64,000 nucleotides of DNA from Clostridiales bacterium. GTDB lineage: Bacteria > Bacillota > Sulfobacillia > RBS10-35. The translations under genes and the position numbers were made by a program. The stretch lies in NCBI GenBank assembly GCA_018729555.1, contig JAHHQG010000026.1:259329-323328 (forward strand), written 5' to 3'. The notes under the pieces were generated by a model, which was not told the origin of the DNA, searched no databases, and saw only the letters and a program-made list of their open reading frames with translations. Positions 56,106 to 63,772 of the stretch are shown here, in pieces (the first letter of the stretch is position 1; every line of letters starts with the position of its first letter).

Positions 56106-56827
56106 GGCCCCTCATCGGGATGACCCTTGGAACGGCGGAAGACGAGAAGAAGGGGCGGCTGGACCGGCAGTATCACGATTACGCCGAGGCGGTGGCGGAG
56201 GCAGGGGGCGCTCCCTTCTGGATTCCTCCCCTTGCCGACAAGGAAGCCCTGGAGAGAATCCTTGACGTTCTAGACGGCCTTCTTTTGACCGGCGGCGGCG
56301 ACCTGGAAGCTTGGCGCTTCGGGGAGGAGCCCCATCCCTCCCTTTCGGGGGTTCAGCCCTGGCGGGATGAAGCGGAACTCTACCTCTACCGGCGGGCTCG
56401 GGAAAAAGGCCTCCCCATCCTGGGGATCTGCCGCGGGTGCCAGGTCATCAACGTGGCCGAGGGAGGAAGCCTCATCCAGGACATCCCCTCCCTGGTGCCG
56501 GGGAGCCTCTCCCACCAGCAGACCCTTCCCGCCGACGAAGCTTCCCACTCGGTCCAGGTGGAGGGGGAGAGCCTCCTCCATCGCATCCTTGGCGTGGATG
56601 CCCTTGGGGTGAATTCCTTCCATCATCAGGCGGTGGGCCGGGTGGGGGAGGGCCTCCGGGCGACGGCCAAAAGCCCGGAGGACGGGGTGGTGGAGGCTGT
56701 CGAAGGCCGATCGGGTTCCTTTCTCTTGGGAGTCCAGTGGCATCCCGAGCGGATGGTGAAAAAAGCCCCTCTCATGAAGAGGATTTTCGCCGCCTTTGTG
56801 GAAGAAGCAGCGAAGCGACGGGGCTAG
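56102..56827 (+). CDS. class I glutamine amidotransferase-like hydrolase (peptidase C26 / gamma-glutamyl-GABA hydrolase family)
   Basis: (M)RPLIGMT start. Contains GLLLTGGGD, GICRGCQVINVAEGGSL, SFHHQAV and GVQWHPE. TTG 56102 overlaps the alr stop. Confidence 0.85.
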   Translation: MRPLIGMTLGTAEDEKKGRLDRQYHDYAEAVAEAGGAPFWIPPLADKEALERILDVLDGLLLTGGGDLEAWRFGEEPHPSLSGVQPWRDEAELYLYRRAREKGLPILGICRGCQVINVAEGGSLIQDIPSLVPGSLSHQQTLPADEASHSVQVEGESLLHRILGVDALGVNSFHHQAVGRVGEGLRATAKSPEDGVVEAVEGRSGSFLLGVQWHPERMVKKAPLMKRIFAAFVEEAAKRRG

Positions 56828-56877
56828 GAGAGGACGGCAAGGTGGCGGACATCCGCTGGAGGGCTCAGCCCTTTCTC

Positions 56878-57279
56878 ATGAATCCCTTGCGGAGCGCCGG
56901 AGTGGTGCTCCTTCTCGTTTTCAGCTGGTGGTTCGGCTACTATCTCATGGGCCAGGTGGGCCTTTTGGTGGCGGTGGTGGCCACCGTGAGCCCCCTGGCC
57001 CCTTACCTCTTCCCCAGCACCTATCACCTATCCCCCGAAGGGGTGGAAGTCCGGACCCTCTTTTCCTCCGGTGTTCGCCCCTGGGACCGGTTTGTGGGCT
57101 ACACCGTCTACCCCGATGGGGTTCTCCTGGCCTATCCCCGCCATAACCTTCGCCAGCGCATCCTGAAAGGGGTCTTCCTCTTTTTCGGCGAGGAAGATCC
57201 CCGCCCCATCCTGGCCTACATCGAAGAGCGCCTCTCGGGGAAGGGCTTTTTTGCCCCCGGGGCGCCCCGCCCTTCCTGA
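56878..57279 (+). CDS. hypothetical membrane protein (two N-terminal helices plus small soluble domain)
   Basis: MNPLRSAGVVLLLVFSWWFGYYLMGQVGLLVAVVATV, then about 90 soluble residues. GTG 56842 is an alternative start. Confidence 0.5.
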   Translation: MNPLRSAGVVLLLVFSWWFGYYLMGQVGLLVAVVATVSPLAPYLFPSTYHLSPEGVEVRTLFSSGVRPWDRFVGYTVYPDGVLLAYPRHNLRQRILKGVFLFFGEEDPRPILAYIEERLSGKGFFAPGAPRPS

Positions 57280-57406
57280 AGAACTAGCCTTTTTTCCCAA
57301 GAAGGATATTTCCAACGCAGGGCGAATATCGCAGTGCCAAGAGGACGTTTCTCCCAGGGTTGGTTCTATGGGGGGATCGTTCTCAAAAACAGGAAGGAGG
57401 TGACTT

Positions 57407-58228
57407 ATGAGCGTGTTCTTTTTGGCGGCCGACACGGCTCCCCTCTTCGGGATCTTTGCGCCGGGCCGGGGCGGGGCGTTTTTCGCGGTCCTCATCTTCG
57501 TCCTTTTCGTCTGGACCATGATCAACCGGGCCCGGGGCGGGACCCTGACGCGGGAGATCCACAAGCTGGCGGGGCTCGATGCCATCGAGGAGGCGGTAGG
57601 GCGGGCCACCGAGATGGGCCGGCCGGTCCACTACACCATGGGGCTTCCGGCCATCACCAGCCCCCAGACCATCGCGTCCTTCCCGGTGCTGGGCTATGTG
57701 GCCAAGATGTGCGCCCAGTACGACACCCGGCTCATCAACACGGTGAACGACGTGGTGGTGTACGCCGTGAACGAGGAGATCATCCGGCAGGCGTACCTGG
57801 AGGCGGGGCGGCCCGACGCCTTCAACCCCGATGACGTCCGCTTCATCACCGACTGGCAGTTCGCCTACGCCGCAGGGGTGCTGGAGATCTTGGCCTCGGA
57901 GAAGCCGGCGGCCCAGATCCTCTTCGGCGGCCCCTTCTTCGCCGAGTCCCTCCTCTTCATCGAGGCGGGAGCCCTGGCGGGGGCCATCCAGGTGGGGGGT
58001 ACGGCCTCCATGTCCCAGCTGCCTTTCTTTGTGGCGGGCTGCGACTACGCCCTCATCGGTGAGGAGATCTACGCCGCCAGCGCTTACATCTCCAAGGAGC
58101 CCGTCCTGGTGGGGACGGTGGTGGGGGAGGACTACTACAAGTTCCTCCTGGTGGCCACCATCATTGCCGGCACCCTGATCTACTCCATCGCCGGCCAGTC
58201 CCTCCTGGAGACCTGGCTCAAGATGTAA
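57407..58228 (+). CDS. uncharacterised bitopic membrane protein A (N- and C-terminal helices flanking about 200-aa domain)
   Basis: 273 aa. ATG follows AGGAAGGAGGTG. Hydrophobic helices at GGAFFAVLIFVLFVWTMI and FLLVATIIAGTLIYSIAG. No motif I can assign. Confidence 0.8.
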   Translation: MSVFFLAADTAPLFGIFAPGRGGAFFAVLIFVLFVWTMINRARGGTLTREIHKLAGLDAIEEAVGRATEMGRPVHYTMGLPAITSPQTIASFPVLGYVAKMCAQYDTRLINTVNDVVVYAVNEEIIRQAYLEAGRPDAFNPDDVRFITDWQFAYAAGVLEILASEKPAAQILFGGPFFAESLLFIEAGALAGAIQVGGTASMSQLPFFVAGCDYALIGEEIYAASAYISKEPVLVGTVVGEDYYKFLLVATIIAGTLIYSIAGQSLLETWLKM

Positions 58229-58255
58229 GGGCGGCGACGGGAAGGGAGGGAAAGG

Positions 58256-58879
58256 ATGCGCAAGGAAGTACCTTTGGCGCTGGTGACCCTGACGGGCCTC
58301 TTCGTCATCGTGGCCTACTACTTCAACTACTTCTACGAGCTCAAGTGGCTCGACATCGGCAACAAGTGGTACCAGGTGTTCGCGGCCATGTTCGTGTTCC
58401 TGGGTTTCATCAACCTGACCCAGATCCACGCCCGGAACATCGCCCGGCGCCGGGCCAAGTGGGTGTATAGCCTCATCCTCCTCATCGCCATGTACGGTTA
58501 CGCCCTCTTGACCCTCTGGCAGACGGTGGACGGTCCCCAGGCCGACTGGATCTACCAGAACATCATGGTGCCCACCGACGCGACCATCTTCGCGCTCCTG
58601 GCTTTCTTCATCACATCGGCGGCGTACCGGGCCTTCCGGGTCCGCACCCGCGAAGCCACCGTCCTCATGATCAGCGCCATCATCCTGATGCTGGGGACGG
58701 CCCCCATCGGCGATGTCATCATCCCCGGGTGGAAGACCTTCTCCCAGTGGATCCTGGATGTGCCCAGCGCGGCTGCTCAGCGGGGCATCCTCCTGGGGGC
58801 GTACCTCGGCGCCTTCGCCACCGCCTTGCGGATCCTCCTGGGGCTGGAACGGGCCCATCTTGGAGGGATCGAGAAATGA
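58256..58879 (+). CDS. uncharacterised polytopic membrane protein B
   Basis: 207 aa and about 5 to 6 hydrophobic helices. ATG follows GGGAGGGAAAGG. Confidence 0.8.
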   Translation: MRKEVPLALVTLTGLFVIVAYYFNYFYELKWLDIGNKWYQVFAAMFVFLGFINLTQIHARNIARRRAKWVYSLILLIAMYGYALLTLWQTVDGPQADWIYQNIMVPTDATIFALLAFFITSAAYRAFRVRTREATVLMISAIILMLGTAPIGDVIIPGWKTFSQWILDVPSAAAQRGILLGAYLGAFATALRILLGLERAHLGGIEK

Positions 58880-58907
58880 CGGCTAGGCGGAGAGGGGGTG
58901 CCGCAGC

Positions 58908-59732
58908 ATGAAGTGGGCCCTGGATATCGATCGCCGCTGGATCTGGCTCATCATCTTCATCATCGTGGGTTTCGTCATCATCCGCCCCTTGGGCCTGCCC
59001 ATCCCCATCGGTCCCGACGCCCAGAACTTCTACGACACCATCGACGCGTTGCCCGAGGGGTCCAACGTCCTCCTGGGAGCTGCCTACGAGGTGGGGACCG
59101 TGGGGGAGATCCAGCCCATGGTGAGGGCCTTTGCCTACCACGCGTTTAAAAAGAACCTGAAGATCTTCATCTTCGACGCGGCCTGGACCAACGGGCCCAA
59201 GCTGGCCGCCAGGGCGGTGGAAGAGGCGGCCAAGGCCCTCGGCAAGGAGTACGGGGTGGACTGGATCAACCTGGGGTATAAGCCCGGCGGATCCACTACC
59301 TACCAGCTCATGACCAGCAACCTTCTGGAGGCTGTCAAAGGCGTCGACCAGAACGGCCAGGCCCTCAGCCAGTTCCCCATCATGCAGGGCATCACCAAGG
59401 TGGATAGGAATACCTTTGCCGCCATCGTGGCCACCGACGTGGGGTCCCCCGGAGCCACCGATTATTACGCCTTCATCGGGGAGCCCACCGGGGTGCCTGT
59501 CTTGGGCATGGTCATCACCATGGAGGTGCCCGGCTTTAAGCCCTACGTGGCGGCGGGGCAAATCAAGGCCATGCTCCCCGGGTCCCGCGGGGCGGCCGAG
59601 TACGAGCTCCTGGTGGGGGAGCCCGGGCAGGCCATCAGCCAGCAGGACGGCCAGTCCCTGGCGGCCATCTACGTGACCCTGCTCATCATCCTGGCCAACG
59701 TGGCCTGGCTGACCACCCGGAACAAGCAGTGA
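58908..59732 (+). CDS. uncharacterised bitopic membrane protein C (same layout as A)
   Basis: 274 aa. N-terminal helix WIWLIIFIIVGFVII, C-terminal helix LAAIYVTLLIILANVAWL, and a central alpha/beta-looking domain. Confidence 0.8.
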   Translation: MKWALDIDRRWIWLIIFIIVGFVIIRPLGLPIPIGPDAQNFYDTIDALPEGSNVLLGAAYEVGTVGEIQPMVRAFAYHAFKKNLKIFIFDAAWTNGPKLAARAVEEAAKALGKEYGVDWINLGYKPGGSTTYQLMTSNLLEAVKGVDQNGQALSQFPIMQGITKVDRNTFAAIVATDVGSPGATDYYAFIGEPTGVPVLGMVITMEVPGFKPYVAAGQIKAMLPGSRGAAEYELLVGEPGQAISQQDGQSLAAIYVTLLIILANVAWLTTRNKQ

Positions 59733-59744
59733 GGAGGTGTTGAG

Positions 59745-60398
59745 ATGAGCGCAGAGCAGTGGGGCTTGATCGCCGGGGCTATCGCCACCATCGCTGTATG
59801 GACTTACCTGGTGGATAACCAGAACCCCATCTGGGAGTTCATCCAGCACCTCTACATCGGCCTGGCCTACGGGTGGACCTTCGGTCTGGTGTGGCACACC
59901 TACATCAAGCAGGTCTTCATCGGCGACGACTTCAGCCTGAGGGCGGGCCAGTGGTGGATGATCATCCCCGTCATCCTGGGGCTCCTCATCTACACCCGCT
60001 ACATCCCATCCATCTCGTGGATCGCCCGTTACCCCCTCTCCATCGCCCTGGGCTGGGGCGCCGGCTACGTCCTCACCTTCAGCGCCCCCGTCTTCATCGG
60101 CCAGGTGACTGACTCCTTCTATCAGCTGTGGGGGCTGGGCTCCACCAGCGAGACCCTCAACAACTGGCTCCTTCTCCTGGTGCTCCTGGGCACCCTCACC
60201 TACTTCTTCTTCACGGTCCGGCGGGATGCCAACGCCGTGATGAAGGGCGGGGTGTGGGTGGGCCGGTGGGCCATCATGGTCACCCTGGGGGCCATGTTCG
60301 GCAATACCGTCCTCTACCGCTACAACCTTTTCTACGCCCGCATGAAGTACATCCTGGTGGATGTGGTCCAGGGCCTCTTTGGAGGGGGCGCCGGCTGA
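59745..60398 (+). CDS. uncharacterised polytopic membrane protein D
   Basis: 217 aa and about 6 hydrophobic helices. ATG follows GAGGAGGTG. Confidence 0.8.
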   Translation: MSAEQWGLIAGAIATIAVWTYLVDNQNPIWEFIQHLYIGLAYGWTFGLVWHTYIKQVFIGDDFSLRAGQWWMIIPVILGLLIYTRYIPSISWIARYPLSIALGWGAGYVLTFSAPVFIGQVTDSFYQLWGLGSTSETLNNWLLLLVLLGTLTYFFFTVRRDANAVMKGGVWVGRWAIMVTLGAMFGNTVLYRYNLFYARMKYILVDVVQGLFGGGAG

Positions 60399-60428
60399 CC
60401 ATCGTCTGGGCTGGCGGCTATAGGGAAA

Positions 60429-60455
60429 GGGGGCCTGCCCGGGGGGCGGGCCCCC
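60429..60455 (+). terminator. GC-rich hairpin (possible attenuator/terminator) followed by AT-rich island
   Basis: GGGGGCCTGCCC-GGG-GGGCGGGCCCCC folds into a stem of about 12 bp. Only TT follows it, so it is not a classical terminator. 60461-60510 is strikingly AT-rich for this window. Confidence 0.35.
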
Positions 60456-60534
60456 TTGCCTATACCACCTATTATGTGCATATATGTATAGTTTAAGAAA
60501 GATTAAAGGCTCGCCAGGGAAGGAGTGTAGGCCC

Positions 60535-62439
60535 ATGGACGATTCCCGACGCCCCAAGACCATCCTGGCCACCGACGTGGGTAGCACCACCACCAAGGCC
60601 ATCCTCATCGAAGAAGTGGACGGCCAGTACCGGATGGTGGCCCGGGGGGAGATGCAGACCACCGTGGAAGCCCCCTGGGAAAACGTCATGATCGGTGTGC
60701 GCAAGGCCATCCGCCGCATCGAGGAGATGACGGGCCGCCGCTTCCTGACGGAGGACGGCCGCCTCCTCCGGCCCCGCCAGGGGGAGGACGGGGTGGATCT
60801 CTACGTCTCCACCTCCAGCGCCGGGGGCGGCCTGCAGATGATGGTGGCGGGCCTGGTGAGCACCATCAGCGCCTCCAGCGCCCACCGGGCAGCCCTGGGC
60901 GCCGGCGCCGTGGTGCTGGACGTCATCGCCGTCGATGACGGCCGCTCCACGTCGGAGCAGATTGCCCGCATCACCCAGCTGCGCCCCGATATCATCCTTC
61001 TCTCGGGAGGGGTGGACGGGGGCTCCGTCCAGTACCTGGCGGCCCTGGCGGAGACGGTGCTCCAGGCCAACCCCAGGCCTCGCTTTGGGTCCACCTATCG
61101 CCTGCCGGTGGTGTACGCCGGCAACGTGGATGCCCAGGACCTGGTGGTGTCCATCCTGGAACCTCACCTGGACGTCCACCTGGTGCCCAACCTCAGGCCC
61201 CGCCATGATCTGGAGAACCTGGGGCCGGCCCGGGAGAAGATCCACGACCTCTTCATGAACCACGTCATGGCCCAGGCTCCCGGCTACGGCGAGCTCATGG
61301 AGTGGGTCGATGCCACCATCATGCCCACTCCGGGCGCCGTGGGGAACATCATCCAGGTGGTGGCGAGGGAAGAGAAGGTCAACATCGTCGGCGTGGACAT
61401 CGGCGGCGCCACCACCGACGTCTTCTCCGATTTTGGAGGCACCTTCACCCGGACCGTCAGCGCCAATCTGGGTATGAGCTACAGCATCACCAATGTCTAT
61501 GAAGAAGCCGGTTTTGAGAATGTCCGCCGCTGGGTTCCCTTCCCCATCGATGAAGCCCAGTTCGCCGACTGGATCAGCAACAAGATGGTCCGGCCGACGG
61601 CCATCCCCCAGACGGTGGAGCACCTCATCCTGGAGCAGGCCTTGGCCCGCGAGGCGTTGCGCCTCTCCTTCGAGCACCACAAGCGCCTGGCCAAGAAGGT
61701 GGAAGTGGAGGAAAAGGGCCTGGGCCGGAGCTCCCTCGGCGAGGTGAAGAAGGCCGAAGGCGTCGACATCATCAAGATGAACCAGTTGGATATGCTCCTG
61801 GGGTCCGGCGGGGTCCTTTCCCACGCTCCCCGCCGACAGCAAGCCGCCCTCATGCTCCTGGACGCCTTCCAGCCTGAAGGCATCACCCAGCTGGCGGTGG
61901 ACAGCGTCTTCATGACGCCCCACCTGGGGGTCCTGGCGTCGGTCCACCCCGACATCGCCCATGAGGTGTTCCGGAGGGACTGCCTGGTGCCCCTGGGGAC
62001 GGCCATCTCCGTGGCCGGAAAAGGGAAGGAAGGCAAACCCGTCTGCCAGGTGAAAGTGAACCTTCCCCAGGGCACCGAGACTTTCTGGCTTCATTACGGG
62101 GAGCTGAAGCGCCTTCCCCTGGGGATGGGGGAAGAGGCGGAGGTGGAGCTCATCCCCGAGCGCGGGATGGACGTGGGGGCAGGCCCCGGAAAGCCCCGTC
62201 AGGCCCGGGTGAAGGGCGGCGTGGTGGGCCTCATCTTCGACGGCCGCGGGCGGCCCATCGAGCTTCCGGCCCAGGACGGCAAGCGCCGGGCGAAGCTCCT
62301 TGAGTGGCTGCGAGCTCTGGACGTCTACCCGGAGGAAGCCCTCATGGAGCTGCAGCCGGAAGGGACGGCTTTGGCGGAACCCGAGGAAGGGAGGAAGAGC
62401 CTTGTCTTCCGTCTATTTGGACGCCGAGCATCCAGTTGA
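60535..62439 (+). CDS. GlmL/MutL ('glutamate mutase L') / EutA-like ASKHA-fold ATPase
   Basis: 634 aa. Contains ILATDVGSTTTKAILIE (phosphate-1), ILLSGGVDGGSVQ and VGVDIGGATTDVFS (phosphate-2/adenosine). ATG 60535 follows GGAAGGAG. The ORF opens at 60484, inside the AT-rich island. Confidence 0.85.
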   Translation: MDDSRRPKTILATDVGSTTTKAILIEEVDGQYRMVARGEMQTTVEAPWENVMIGVRKAIRRIEEMTGRRFLTEDGRLLRPRQGEDGVDLYVSTSSAGGGLQMMVAGLVSTISASSAHRAALGAGAVVLDVIAVDDGRSTSEQIARITQLRPDIILLSGGVDGGSVQYLAALAETVLQANPRPRFGSTYRLPVVYAGNVDAQDLVVSILEPHLDVHLVPNLRPRHDLENLGPAREKIHDLFMNHVMAQAPGYGELMEWVDATIMPTPGAVGNIIQVVAREEKVNIVGVDIGGATTDVFSDFGGTFTRTVSANLGMSYSITNVYEEAGFENVRRWVPFPIDEAQFADWISNKMVRPTAIPQTVEHLILEQALAREALRLSFEHHKRLAKKVEVEEKGLGRSSLGEVKKAEGVDIIKMNQLDMLLGSGGVLSHAPRRQQAALMLLDAFQPEGITQLAVDSVFMTPHLGVLASVHPDIAHEVFRRDCLVPLGTAISVAGKGKEGKPVCQVKVNLPQGTETFWLHYGELKRLPLGMGEEAEVELIPERGMDVGAGPGKPRQARVKGGVVGLIFDGRGRPIELPAQDGKRRAKLLEWLRALDVYPEEALMELQPEGTALAEPEEGRKSLVFRLFGRRASS

Positions 62440-63751
62440 GATCTGGTCCTTTGTCCGCCGGCTCCCCCTTCCCGGAGAGATCCTGGTGGCTCCGGGGGAT
62501 GAGGTGGAGCCCGAGCAGACGGTGGCCCGCATTTCCCTTCGGCCGGGCATCCCCTGGGTGATCCCCCTCGCCCGCCTCATCGGGGTCAGGGACGACCAGC
62601 TCTCCCAGTGCTGCCTGGTGAAGGTGGGCGATCGGGTGAAGACGAAGCAGGTCATCGCCCGCGGCCTCTCCTCGGGCCTCTACGGGCAAAAGGAATACGA
62701 ATCCCCCATCGACGGCGTGGTGGAGGATATCTCCGACCGGTCGGGGAGGATCGTCATCCGGGAGGAGTTCGGCCGGGAGGAGCCGCCGGTAAAGGTGGAT
62801 GTGGCCTTCGAGCTGGGGGTCCGGCCCCGGGACCTCCCCCAGCATATGCTCTTCAAGGTGGGCCAGGAGGTGAAAAAGGGATCCATCCTGGCCAAGAAAG
62901 GGGAGCAGCAGGCGTTTTTCACCCGCTCCGTGGTGGCTCCGGTCTCTGGGGTGGTGGCGGAGATCAACACCCAGACGGGCCATGTGACCATCGCCCGCCC
63001 CTTCAAGGAAGTGGTGGTGAAGGCCTACGTGCGGGGTCGGGTGAAAGACGTCCAGGAACAGCGGGCGGTGGTGGTGGAGACGGCGGCGGTGCGCCTGACG
63101 GGCATCTTCGGACTGGGCGGGGAGCGCCACGGCCGCCTCAAGGTGCTGGTGTCGTCACCTTACGAGGATCTCACCCCCGACCTCATCGACGAGAGCTGCC
63201 GGGGTCAGATCATCGTGGGAGGGCGCTTGGCCACCGACGAAGCCCTGATGAAAGCCCTGGAGGTGGGGGTGGCGGGGGTCATCACGGGGACGGCCCACTA
63301 CCTTACGTTGGTGAAAGCCCTGGGGGTGAAGCTGGGGGTGGGTATCACCGGATCGGAAGACGTGGACATGACCGTCATCCTCATGGAGGGCTTCGGCTCC
63401 CTCCCCATGCGGGAGTCGGCCTTCCGCACCCTGCGCTCCCTGGACGGGCGGGAGGCCTCCATCAACGGGGCCACCCAGATCCGTGCAGGCGCCATCCGGC
63501 CCGAGATCGTGGTTCCCATGCCTTGGGAGCTGGCCCAGGCGGACAAGCGCCGCTTCGTGGACGAAGACCTTACCATCGGCCAGAAGGTCCGGATCATCAC
63601 CGAACCCTATTTCGGCTTGGTGGGGGTGGTGGCGGCCCTTCCCCGGGAGGACGCCATCATCGAGACGGAAGCCAAAGCGGCGGTGGCCCAGGTGGATGTG
63701 GGGGGCCGCCTCCTGACGGTGCCCCGCAAGAATCTGGAGCCTTTCCACTGA
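62402..63751 (+). CDS. uncharacterised protein F: repeated barrel-sandwich (lipoyl/hybrid-like) motifs, central alpha/beta region, KOW-like C-terminus
   Basis: Three G(D/Q)xVxxxQ motifs (APGDEVEPEQTVARI, KVGDRVKTKQVIARG, KVGQEVKKGSILAKKG). Two SP(I/V)xGVV motifs (SPIDGVVEDI, APVSGVVAEI). C-terminal GQKVRIITEPYFGLVGVV resembles a KOW motif. TTG 62402 follows GGGAGGAAGAG. The start is uncertain. Confidence 0.75.
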   Translation: MSSVYLDAEHPVEIWSFVRRLPLPGEILVAPGDEVEPEQTVARISLRPGIPWVIPLARLIGVRDDQLSQCCLVKVGDRVKTKQVIARGLSSGLYGQKEYESPIDGVVEDISDRSGRIVIREEFGREEPPVKVDVAFELGVRPRDLPQHMLFKVGQEVKKGSILAKKGEQQAFFTRSVVAPVSGVVAEINTQTGHVTIARPFKEVVVKAYVRGRVKDVQEQRAVVVETAAVRLTGIFGLGGERHGRLKVLVSSPYEDLTPDLIDESCRGQIIVGGRLATDEALMKALEVGVAGVITGTAHYLTLVKALGVKLGVGITGSEDVDMTVILMEGFGSLPMRESAFRTLRSLDGREASINGATQIRAGAIRPEIVVPMPWELAQADKRRFVDEDLTIGQKVRIITEPYFGLVGVVAALPREDAIIETEAKAAVAQVDVGGRLLTVPRKNLEPFH

Positions 63752-63772
63752 CGGTGGAAGGAGGTCTTGACG

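Noticed and set aside
60484-60534. ATG 60484 as the start of the GlmL-like gene.
   Set aside because: It lies inside the AT-rich non-coding island without an SD. ATG 60535 follows GGAAGGAG at good spacing and sits just before the DxGxT phosphate motif.
58719-62094. Long minus-strand ORFs (58719..60719, 666 aa; 60493..62094, 533 aa) across the novel operon.
   Set aside because: They have the same antisense-artefact composition. The plus-strand ORFs have SD sequences, TM-helix periodicity and ASKHA motifs.
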